From Deltaproteobacteria bacterium (GTDB lineage Bacteria > UBA10199 > JADGCS01), in assembly GCA_024233595.1 (NCBI GenBank), contig JACKPK010000001.1, forward strand, positions 267,665 through 331,664: a stretch of 64,000 bases of DNA, given 5' to 3'. Of the stretch, positions 1 to 8,477 are shown piece by piece. Under the pieces are notes generated by a model, which was given only the letters and a program-made list of their open reading frames with translations, did no database searches and was not told where the DNA came from. A program made the position numbers and the translations under genes. Each line of letters opens with the position of its first letter. Position 1 is the stretch's first letter.

Positions 1-673
1 TTGCTTTGGCTCCTTTAGTACAAGGCCAAATGATTGTGCTCGATACATCATTTGCAATTCAGCATCAGGAATATCCGGCGCTGGGCTGCTCATAAAACCC
101 TAATTTATTATTCAGTAAGTGCAGCAAAAAACTTTTTGGCCTATGGTTTTCACGATAGCGACACCGCCACTGTCCTGAAATAGGAAGAAAACTCAGCATG
201 CCTTTGCGGTGGGCAAAAAATAAAATTGCCCTTTGTCCCAGCACCTTTACCTACAAGCCGTGCGGTATTCGAGCAGTAATCTACGTTAAACCAATTCGCA
301 AATGGAGCGACGAAACCCGTGCAACGTCTACAAAAAATTCTATGTTGAAGCTCATCAGCACTGTCTGACCAACAAATGCCTACTCAAATCAGTTGTGGAA
401 ATAAATCGCCGCGAAATCAGCCTACACTACGATCAACACTCGGAACGACTCATCATCTATTCGGCTCTAGATAATCTTTTAAAAGGCGCCTCTGACAGGC
501 TGTGCAGTGTTTTTAATTTAATGCATGGTTTTGAAGAAACTCTGGGGCTAGAGAAATTCGCTGTGTTTCGCAATGATTTGGTTTCATCAATTTCGCCCCC
601 CGCTTATAATCGCCACAAACTTATCGTTGCTGCTTCGTCCCAAAATCTCCGCAACACAATCACCAATCAATGA
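1..673 (+). pseudogene. argC: Eroded N-acetyl-gamma-glutamyl-phosphate reductase (argC) remnant, 3' two-thirds, multiple frameshifts/stops
   Basis: ArgC-like peptides appear only when the reading frame is switched. Frame 3 from nt 3 gives 'ALAPLVQGQMIVLDTS'. Frame 2 at nt 59-85 gives 'SASGISGAG' (cf. ArgC SGVSGAG). Frame 3 from nt 159 gives 'RHRHCPEIGRKL...FTYKPCGIRAVIY' (cf. HRHxPEI, FTPHL..RGI). Frame 2 ORF 302-673 gives 'LIIYSALDNLLKGA...NLMHGFEETLGL' (cf. DNLxKGAAGQAVQN.NLMFG..E..GL). Stop codons separate the segments. Confidence 0.6.
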
Positions 674-800
674 ATTTTGAGATGAAAAATCTAATGCCTC
701 TGGCAGCAATTGTGCGGTATGAGGAAACCAAATTATTTTCCTGTAGAATTTTTTGTTAATGCGTTGAAGAGAATTTAAAACGGCATCAATATAAAATTTT

Positions 801-1712
801 TCATGAATTACCTCTTAAAAAATAATGAACATCCCTTACAAAGTCTTCTGGTTGTTCTAAATGAGGGTAGTGGCCGGAGTTGCGGTAACTTTTAATATGG
901 GCCAATTCTGGGTTTCCTGTCATTTCGCCACCCATTAAATAGTCATGAACCCCATTAATCCAAAGAGTTTTTTGTTTGAGAATGCTTACATCAATGGGTA
1001 GAACTTGAGAATTATCGGCGTAATACGATGTGCGGACTTGACGATAGATATCATCATTTTCAGCGATGTTGACCCGTGATTTAAGATCATCATACCAGGC
1101 CATCGTCTTGAGGTTGCCCCAATAAAATGCCTTACGACGCTCAGTCGAGTTCATTAGTCCACGAATTTCTTTAGAGACTTCCCATGGCGAGCCATTGTGA
1201 CATTTTAATATTTCTAAGGCTTGCATGTATTCCTGTGGTTGGTCTTCCTTTAAAATCAATAGGTCCATTGAGAGCGAGCGTTGCTGTGCCAATCGTCTAT
1301 CTACTGAGCGGCCAGCGATGATAAGTCTTAACAATAAATTCGGTCTATGTTTAAGTAAATCATAGGCTAAAAAGGCCCCATAACTATGACCAAAAATGGC
1401 AATTGTTTCTACATCTAATGCACTTTTTACTTGGTCACAAATATCTGATAGGTCTTGTCTATTGATGCTGTGGGTTAAAGCTGATGAAGCCCCTGCTGAA
1501 CGTCCGCATCCGCGTTGATCGTAACAAACCCAACCATAATCCATATTTTGATAAGCGGGGAGTTCTTGAAGTGCTTTTTCGAAGTAAGCACTGTGGCTCC
1601 CTGGCCCTCCATGAACGTAAAGAATATATCCTTTTACAGGCCTCGAAATATTTTCCGGTTCAAAAAGATTTGTTACCAAACCATTCACAATCGCACTGTT
1701 AACCAGCTTCAT
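801..1712 (-). CDS. Alpha/beta hydrolase, prolyl aminopeptidase (S33)-like
   Basis: 303-aa ORF. Carries 'HGGPGSHS' and 'YDQRGCGRS' motifs typical of proline iminopeptidase-family hydrolases, plus the nucleophile elbow 'GHSYGA' (GxSxG). Confidence 0.7.
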   Translation of the reverse strand: MKLVNSAIVNGLVTNLFEPENISRPVKGYILYVHGGPGSHSAYFEKALQELPAYQNMDYGWVCYDQRGCGRSAGASSALTHSINRQDLSDICDQVKSALDVETIAIFGHSYGAFLAYDLLKHRPNLLLRLIIAGRSVDRRLAQQRSLSMDLLILKEDQPQEYMQALEILKCHNGSPWEVSKEIRGLMNSTERRKAFYWGNLKTMAWYDDLKSRVNIAENDDIYRQVRTSYYADNSQVLPIDVSILKQKTLWINGVHDYLMGGEMTGNPELAHIKSYRNSGHYPHLEQPEDFVRDVHYFLRGNS

Positions 1713-1931
1713 AAATGTCTCTCTGTTTTAAATTTTTATCACATTATTTTGTAATGTATTCAAAAGAGCAATAATCATTCCAAAAACTTAGAAATTAACT
1801 ACGACTTCTTTTTTACAAAGCCACCCTATTTTTCTTAATATTCATTGTGGTGGACTGATCTTTTGAGGCAATACTGTGAGTTAGACACTTTGGCTATGCT
1901 GGCAATTTGGGAGTACTAGACAACACGCTAA

Positions 1932-4874
1932 CTAAGCAGTCTCTTTTATTTCTGTTTTGTGGAATAACGATTTAATATCACGTTCACTGACAGTAAAATC
2001 TTTTATCAACTCTTTCTTTTCTTGAGATAATCTAGCTAGCCAAACATCAACAATTGGGCTCCCATCAATTGTATCGACTACTTGGTCTTCACTTTTAGAC
2101 GCTATTGCTGTCGGGAAATATATCGATACAGGCTTTTTCTGACCCATCCGGTAAGCCCGACAAGTCGCCTGTTCAGTAACTGCAGGGTTCCACTCTCTAG
2201 TGTAATGTATAACATGATTTGCTTGTGTTAAAGTAATACCATAAGCAGCACTTCTCGGGTTGAGTATCATCACATCAAATTCATTAGGTGCAGCTCTTTT
2301 AAACTCTGCTACAGCATGGTCTCTCAAAGGTTTGTATTTACTACTCCCATCAAATATTTTCGGCGTCACTGTTTTAAAATGCATACCGATCAAATGCCGT
2401 AAATGATCACTTAGCTGTGTCCTGTTACAAAATATTAGGGCTTTTTCGCCTTTCTGATGAATCCTTTCTAAGATACTAAGAAGCAGATCAAATTTTGGGC
2501 ACATTGATTTTGCTAATTCAACGGAGGGGAAGGTCGCACGGTACCCATTTTCAGCCGCGAGGGAGCTTAGCCAGGGGGCGTTCACTACTATCTGTAGTTC
2601 GTGATAAAGAGGTAAAACCCCACCGACTGATTTGGCTAATATATTTCTATACAACCTAATCTGGTCTTCTGTAAGTGGGGCTGTTGTCTCACTCCATGGG
2701 ACATCAATTCTTTTTGGCAATTCATCTAAAACTTCTTCTTTAGTTCTTCTCAGCCAATTCTTACCCAAACGCCTCACTATACTTTTCCTGATTTCATCTC
2801 GCTCTTCGGAGCCAATTACCGATTGTTCAAGGGGCTGCAGGAAACTTTTTTGAAAATTAGTTAAGCTTCCAAACCTTTCACTTTGGACAAATTCCATGAT
2901 AGAATACAGATCAGAAAGTCGATTTTCCACTGGGGTACCAGTCATCGCACAGTAAAAATCTGCCTTAAAGCATTTTAAGGCTTCACTACGTTTAGAATTT
3001 AAATTTTTAATTGCTTGTGCCTCATCAATAATAACAACTTTAAAAGGCACAGCTGCTAACTCCTTGTGGTACAAGGTAGCACTTTGCCAAGTTATAAGTA
3101 GTACTTTACATAGCTTTGGTATATCTTGTTGAGCACGGAGGATTCGTTGATCTAATTGATGTGGCCCTCTAAGTATGTTTTTAATATCATTCCAAGATCT
3201 AGTAAATTTAGCTAGGCCAGGTGCAAATTTGTTTATATCTTCTTCCCAAGCATGTTTGATTAACGCGGCAGGAGCTATAATAATAGCAGGCTTCTCGTCT
3301 AATTCACCTTTTTTGAATAAAGCGTCCAAGAAGCTAATAACCTGAAATGTTTTGCCCACGCCCATATCATCAGCTAGCAAAAGTCCCCTGTGTGGTATTT
3401 TACCATCTTCCTTGTGGGCCAGTAGCCAAGATAATCTTGCAAAGCCAACTTTTTGATGAGGTCTCAACATGTCATCATGAGGTGCTGGTATATCATTGGC
3501 AAAATCGGACTCGCTTTTTTCTGGAGGCAATCCCATACTAGCTGCATAGTCGGCATCACGGAGTAAGCGTGTTTCTTCACTGACCCTAGCATTGTATTCA
3601 TTTCTTAATTTTAGAACAGCAACTTCGACAATATCTCTCACAAAAGAAACATCATCTATTATTATAGGATTGTCAGTCGATTGGTCGAGGCACGACTGTA
3701 GCTCATCTGAGGAATATTTACTTAGTTTACCAAGTTGATATGATTCAACAGCTTCAACAAATCTTGCAGCCTCTTCTTTACTAATCTCAAAATCTGAGTA
3801 ATTTACATCTCCGCTCTGATCTTCCAATTGCTCTTTAATCGCACGGTACTCCTCGTGACAGTTATCTAAGTTAACAGAAAATGGGCATGTTGAGTTCTTT
3901 GCCTCGATAAAAAAGTTTCTGTTTTCATTATCAAGTTTTTCGTCATAACCAGCATCATCCTTTGGGACTTTGTAATTTACTGGATCATAAGTAAACCCTA
4001 AAACTTGGTCAGAATAATTGGCAACCAACAGTTCGAATGCAACACCTTCTTGGCCATCACTCTGCATGTCATAAATTTCAGCCTGGAGTCTTCTGATGGC
4101 ATCTGGATCGTTGCTCACACGCGCTTCGTACAATTTTTTTGCCGCTTCTCTGCATCTCTCACTCATATAAACACGGGTTCTTTTGTCGCCTACTTTTGTG
4201 TGATAAATATTTTTAGATGCCCCGTCCTTATATATTTCTTCCCACAGCTTTGAATTAAGTTTCTGATCGTCATCCACTAATTTGGGTGCTATAGAAGGTT
4301 CATTTGCGCTATTAACCCCAAATTCGACTGGAAAACTGTCCTTAGCAATCACATCTACTCTTTGACTATTGCCTGACAAAATAACATTTGGACTAGATGT
4401 AGCTATTTCTTTTATCAGCTCATACTGTTTGTAAAATCTAAACTCAGCTTGGCTATCGTCACCGTGACTATCATTATTAAAATTGTCTATAAGCTTAATT
4501 AAGTTATAAATATCGGCTGGTATAAGTTTAGTTTCGCCATCTATACTAATTTGAAAATCAGAACGCCGTGATAAATCTGGTTTACTGCCACTTTTACTTG
4601 TGACCAAGTAGTCAAATCTCATGCTCTTTGACTTTAATGCACCATTGCTTCTTATGGATAAGTTGAGATCAGCAAAGCTTGGGATATGCTGAAAAAGTGT
4701 ATCGTCTATCGAAAACTCACTACTACCAATAGCCTTCCAAACAGCCCATAAAGCGTCACAACTAAACGTCACACTATCGGCGGTAAAACAGGCCCCCAGA
4801 TTTATAAGCTTTTCTTTGTCCAGCTTGATTTTATTTTGAAGTTCCTCATCAACAATATTAAAAGGTATCTTCAT
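1932..4874 (-). CDS. zorD: ZorD-like SNF2-family ATPase/helicase (Zorya effector candidate)
   Basis: 980-aa ORF. The C-terminal half has the full SNF2 motif set: 'DDMGVGKT' (GVGKT = nt 3348-3362), 'VVIIDEAQAIKN' (DEAQ = nt 3015-3026), 'MTGTPVENRLSDLYS' and 'QATCRAYRMGQ'. The N-terminal ~465 aa has no motif I can name. It is the last gene of a tightly packed operon behind MotA/MotB-like genes. Confidence 0.75.
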   Translation of the reverse strand: MKIPFNIVDEELQNKIKLDKEKLINLGACFTADSVTFSCDALWAVWKAIGSSEFSIDDTLFQHIPSFADLNLSIRSNGALKSKSMRFDYLVTSKSGSKPDLSRRSDFQISIDGETKLIPADIYNLIKLIDNFNNDSHGDDSQAEFRFYKQYELIKEIATSSPNVILSGNSQRVDVIAKDSFPVEFGVNSANEPSIAPKLVDDDQKLNSKLWEEIYKDGASKNIYHTKVGDKRTRVYMSERCREAAKKLYEARVSNDPDAIRRLQAEIYDMQSDGQEGVAFELLVANYSDQVLGFTYDPVNYKVPKDDAGYDEKLDNENRNFFIEAKNSTCPFSVNLDNCHEEYRAIKEQLEDQSGDVNYSDFEISKEEAARFVEAVESYQLGKLSKYSSDELQSCLDQSTDNPIIIDDVSFVRDIVEVAVLKLRNEYNARVSEETRLLRDADYAASMGLPPEKSESDFANDIPAPHDDMLRPHQKVGFARLSWLLAHKEDGKIPHRGLLLADDMGVGKTFQVISFLDALFKKGELDEKPAIIIAPAALIKHAWEEDINKFAPGLAKFTRSWNDIKNILRGPHQLDQRILRAQQDIPKLCKVLLITWQSATLYHKELAAVPFKVVIIDEAQAIKNLNSKRSEALKCFKADFYCAMTGTPVENRLSDLYSIMEFVQSERFGSLTNFQKSFLQPLEQSVIGSEERDEIRKSIVRRLGKNWLRRTKEEVLDELPKRIDVPWSETTAPLTEDQIRLYRNILAKSVGGVLPLYHELQIVVNAPWLSSLAAENGYRATFPSVELAKSMCPKFDLLLSILERIHQKGEKALIFCNRTQLSDHLRHLIGMHFKTVTPKIFDGSSKYKPLRDHAVAEFKRAAPNEFDVMILNPRSAAYGITLTQANHVIHYTREWNPAVTEQATCRAYRMGQKKPVSIYFPTAIASKSEDQVVDTIDGSPIVDVWLARLSQEKKELIKDFTVSERDIKSLFHKTEIKETA

Positions 4875-4884
4875 AATTCCTCTT

Positions 4885-6102
4885 TCAAAACCTATTTATA
4901 TATTTTCTTAGCTGATCAACACTATCCGTATTCCGCATTAGGTTCAGCACTGTGGACATTCGACTCTGCCAATACTTACCCTGGTGAGTCATTCGAGCAC
5001 TCATGTCACTTTTGTAGTCAGTAAATTCTTTAGCTCTTACTTCATCAAGCTTGTACCGGTAGTCATTAAATATATACACAGCACCACTTTCAGACTTTTC
5101 AACTACCCAAAAGTTATTGAATCGCATGCCAACAGCGTATGGAATTTTGCTTTTATAGTGTATTTCAAAGTCATCAATTTGATGCCAATAGTCAGACCAA
5201 AAAGCCTGCCTATCTAGATCTCTAAGAATTTTGTCTTTGACCTTTTGCCAGTCCAATAATTTTCGAATAAACTCCTCGTTCAATGCATTTGGCGACACAT
5301 GGGAGTCACCCTCAATGTGATAGAGAATCTCATTGCGTGATTTATAAACAGGAACGTCAACAAGCTCCGTAATAATCTGCACCAATTTATCGAGAGTTAT
5401 TTTTTTATCAGTGGTTAAACCATTCAGTACTGTTACTATACTATCGAAGCTCTCTTGACACCCAAAATCCCATGCAAGCTTCGCGGCACTATGAATTGCC
5501 TCTGTCTCCATCAGTGCCAACCTATGAGAATCAATTTCACTTAGGACAGACCTACATAACTCGATTCTTATTTCGTCACGAAAGTCAGTACCTATATTTT
5601 CTAGTAGCCCCAACAAATCTAAATCCTTGTCTTTGAAAGCCGTACTTAAGCTATCTATAAGATTGCCAACTGCATAGTAAGAACTATAATTTTCAACCAC
5701 ACCTACTGGTAGGTTGTCTTTTGCAACTTGATTTAAGATCTCCTTCCGTATCACCAAGGGAAGGTCGACAGCTATCAAAACACGCTGTGCAATGCGTGCC
5801 ATATATGGCCATCGCTCGGGATAACTGGCAAGATAGTGCTCTAGCCCCTCGATCTCGAGGGCTAGTTCTGAGTATCTCTTTAAAGAAAATAAAAAATGAT
5901 GCCTGTCCAAACTATACGTTGCATCTAATAGATCCGATTTTATTTTATTCTTAATTTCATCTAGGCCAATATACTCTCTCAGTTTAAGATCAGTTTTTTG
6001 AGAAACGCCCTCTACCAAAGCGAGCATTCGTTCAGGCTTTTTTTCTTTTAGCGGGATAGACTTCAACAACATGCCTAATTCAATTTTATCTAGCACACTC
6101 AT
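4885..6102 (-). CDS. zorC: ZorC-like protein (possible EH-signature domain), compact
   Basis: 405-aa soluble ORF in the third operon position. Its start overlaps the zorB stop by 1 nt (TAATG). The C-terminal pattern 'FWVVEKSESGAVYIF' (E335) followed by 'MTHQGKYW' (H373) resembles the separated Glu/His signature recalled for ZorC. The assignment rests mostly on synteny. Confidence 0.45.
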   Translation of the reverse strand: MSVLDKIELGMLLKSIPLKEKKPERMLALVEGVSQKTDLKLREYIGLDEIKNKIKSDLLDATYSLDRHHFLFSLKRYSELALEIEGLEHYLASYPERWPYMARIAQRVLIAVDLPLVIRKEILNQVAKDNLPVGVVENYSSYYAVGNLIDSLSTAFKDKDLDLLGLLENIGTDFRDEIRIELCRSVLSEIDSHRLALMETEAIHSAAKLAWDFGCQESFDSIVTVLNGLTTDKKITLDKLVQIITELVDVPVYKSRNEILYHIEGDSHVSPNALNEEFIRKLLDWQKVKDKILRDLDRQAFWSDYWHQIDDFEIHYKSKIPYAVGMRFNNFWVVEKSESGAVYIFNDYRYKLDEVRAKEFTDYKSDMSARMTHQGKYWQSRMSTVLNLMRNTDSVDQLRKYINRF

Positions 6103-6839
6103 TACTTGAAAAACTCCTTAAGACTCTTTTCTAGTGACTCAGGTTTTATGTAAAACCTTACAACTACTCGTCGGCTTGCACCATAATCAATCCAACCACA
6201 GCCTCTATTAGAATGATTGGTACACACATCATTCTGATGTTCTGTCTTCCTCGTAACGGGAAAAGCCCAAGAACGACCGTTTGCAGCCACCAACTTTTCG
6301 ATAAGGTATTTTTTGTCTAACCTATTTTTATAAACTGGCGAGTCTGTTCTGAGTACATGACTCGAAACATTAAAAGCACGAGACTGAGAAAGCTTTAAGT
6401 TATTAAAGTACTCACCTGTCGGATCTGAGTGCCCTTCAAACATTACAGATTCAACAGAATTAAAATATTGGTCTCTGAGCATAACGTTCAAATATCTAGG
6501 CATTATAATGTCTAACAATGTCTTGCCTGGCTCCTTCATGTCAGCACTGTTTAAATCAAATAACACTGCCTCATCGAAAGTTATGTCTCCATTATCATTA
6601 ATCTGAAATGATTTAGTTTTTAATGAACCCAACTCTTCGCGGAGGTCTTTTGTAATTTGGCTTCTTATACTAAAGGCCTCTTCGATTTTACTACGCACCT
6701 GTTCATTGGTCTTGGTCGTTTTGTTCCATTGACCAATTATCAGCACTAAGATGAGTATGAAGGTCAGTGCTAACGCTGACATCAAATCAGTAGTGCTTAT
6801 CCAAATATGCGATTGATCGCTTTCTTTACTTCGTTTCAT
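6102..6839 (-). CDS. zorB: ZorB-like MotB/OmpA-family peptidoglycan-binding stator subunit
   Basis: 245-aa ORF. It has a single N-terminal TM segment with a MotB-like 'WISTTDLMSALALTFILIL' containing a buried Asp (D18, nt 6786-6788). The C-terminal OmpA-like motif is 'FEGHSDPTGEYFNNLKLSQSRA'. Confidence 0.8.
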   Translation of the reverse strand: MKRSKESDQSHIWISTTDLMSALALTFILILVLIIGQWNKTTKTNEQVRSKIEEAFSIRSQITKDLREELGSLKTKSFQINDNGDITFDEAVLFDLNSADMKEPGKTLLDIIMPRYLNVMLRDQYFNSVESVMFEGHSDPTGEYFNNLKLSQSRAFNVSSHVLRTDSPVYKNRLDKKYLIEKLVAANGRSWAFPVTRKTEHQNDVCTNHSNRGCGWIDYGASRRVVVRFYIKPESLEKSLKEFFK

Positions 6840-6846
6840 GACACCA

Positions 6847-8475
6847 CTATCTATTTACTGCATTTTTTAGTTCTCTTATTTGTGATTCAAAAAGGGCTGC
6901 AATATTTTTAAAATTATCGGGAAGTTCTTTCGCAAAGCTATTGTTTACCTCATCAATTTTTGACAAATACTTATTGAGACCTTCAATATTTCTTTCATAA
7001 TCGGCCAATGAGTCCTGCAAATTTGTAATACCTGCAGCGAGTGCTTCATCAAACTTACCCAAGAAACCATCTACACGACCATTAACTGTCTCCAGGTGGT
7101 TGTTTACCAAGGAAGCAAAATCATTATGAGCTTTCACAAAACTTTCGCTGCTTTCTCGCCAACCAGTTATTAACTCGTTTTGAGAGGAATTAGATTTTTC
7201 TAGTATATCAGTGATTCGCAATGTAGATTCATCTATCTGCTTCAACTGTTCATTTGATTTTTCAACCATCTGACTCGTCTCGTTAACTATTGCAGATACT
7301 TTACCCTCTACTGATACCAAGTCAGAGTTAACCTGTGACGACTTCTCTAGATTGACCTGTTGAATATCTGACAGCTCTTTGATTCTTTTAGAAATCTCCA
7401 GTTGATCTGTATTTATATATTGCACCTGCTGAAAAACAAAGACGAACCAAGATTGGAACTGGTGGAGCATCTCTGTAATTTTTGCAAACTCAGATTCGAT
7501 TGATTCTCTCAGTTTTTCACCAACTTTATCTGACAACATACCACTATCCATGCCACTCAATGCGGAAAGAACTTTGTTCATTGAATTAAACTCTGCCCCA
7601 AGGCCACCATTGACTGCTTCTCCAATTTTTGCAGCCAACCCATTATCAGTCTCATCTACAATGACAGCAATGTCTTGTGCCATTCTCTTTATGTTGTAGT
7701 TTAAAGTGACTAATAACTCTTCACCAGTGACTCGAGGTATGAGATTGTCAATATGATAAGACAAATCGCTTACGGCTTTTTCTATCTTGTCTTGATAAAT
7801 GCGATTCACAAATGAAAATATCAAAGAGGTCGTCACACCGTAAAAGCTACTAATAAAAGCTACTTTCATCGACTCAAGGAGTCTCGTAGTCCCCTCTGAT
7901 AGTTGGTCAAAATGAATACCAGACAAGCCAGTAATGATACCATAAAAGGTCCCAAGTATACCTAAGCCACTTAAAATTGTTGGTGTGAGGTTATAGATAT
8001 GATCTGAAAAAATGCCTGTAACAATATTGTTCCAGCTAAATATCTCCGAGGCAGGTATCGCATTACCTACATTTTGATCACTTTCGCTGTTATTACGATT
8101 GTTATAAGCAGGGATACCCTCTTTATATTCTTCCCACAGTTTTTCTACGGTTTCGTGACACTTAAAAGTATCATCAAGCTCATTTAGATCAGAAAGCGTA
8201 GTAACACTACCATGCTTTTTCTGACCTAGTTGATGATTCACAATTATCAGGTGAGTCATTAGGGATTTAAATTGCTGCCGCATATAGGCGAGCATGCCGC
8301 AAAACCACATTATAACCAGGGAAGAAAACACTGCCGTGGGCGTATTTATCAATGGGTCTGGTATAGCGCTAATGTGGATATCGTATACTTTTAGTATCCA
8401 AACTACAGCTGTCACAAGCACCGCTATCAATATTGACACTCTAAATGCTTTTCTATTTTCTGAATCGTATTTCAT
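6847..8475 (-). CDS. zorA: ZorA-like MotA/ExbB/TolQ-family ion-channel subunit with long C-terminal helical tail
   Basis: 542-aa ORF. It has two N-terminal TM helices and then a MotA-type TM pair ('LTPTILSGLGILGTFYGIITGL', 'MKVAFISSFYGVTTSLIFSFV'). About 315 aa of polar, helix-prone tail follow. The SD GAGG lies 7 nt upstream of the ATG. Confidence 0.8.
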   Translation of the reverse strand: MKYDSENRKAFRVSILIAVLVTAVVWILKVYDIHISAIPDPLINTPTAVFSSLVIMWFCGMLAYMRQQFKSLMTHLIIVNHQLGQKKHGSVTTLSDLNELDDTFKCHETVEKLWEEYKEGIPAYNNRNNSESDQNVGNAIPASEIFSWNNIVTGIFSDHIYNLTPTILSGLGILGTFYGIITGLSGIHFDQLSEGTTRLLESMKVAFISSFYGVTTSLIFSFVNRIYQDKIEKAVSDLSYHIDNLIPRVTGEELLVTLNYNIKRMAQDIAVIVDETDNGLAAKIGEAVNGGLGAEFNSMNKVLSALSGMDSGMLSDKVGEKLRESIESEFAKITEMLHQFQSWFVFVFQQVQYINTDQLEISKRIKELSDIQQVNLEKSSQVNSDLVSVEGKVSAIVNETSQMVEKSNEQLKQIDESTLRITDILEKSNSSQNELITGWRESSESFVKAHNDFASLVNNHLETVNGRVDGFLGKFDEALAAGITNLQDSLADYERNIEGLNKYLSKIDEVNNSFAKELPDNFKNIAALFESQIRELKNAVNR

Positions 8476-8477
8476 TA

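Noticed and set aside
302-673. 123-aa ORF taken as an intact small gene.
   Set aside because: Its sequence is the C-terminal part of ArgC. The upstream ArgC segments lie in other frames with stops, so I treat it as part of a pseudogene.
6102-8475. The MotA/MotB-like pair might be a flagellar stator, or an ExbBD/TolQR system.
   Set aside because: The MotA-like protein has a ~315-aa helical tail that those systems lack. There are no flagellar, TonB or Tol-Pal neighbours. The pair is translationally packed with an SNF2 ATPase on an AT-rich islet, which is the Zorya architecture.
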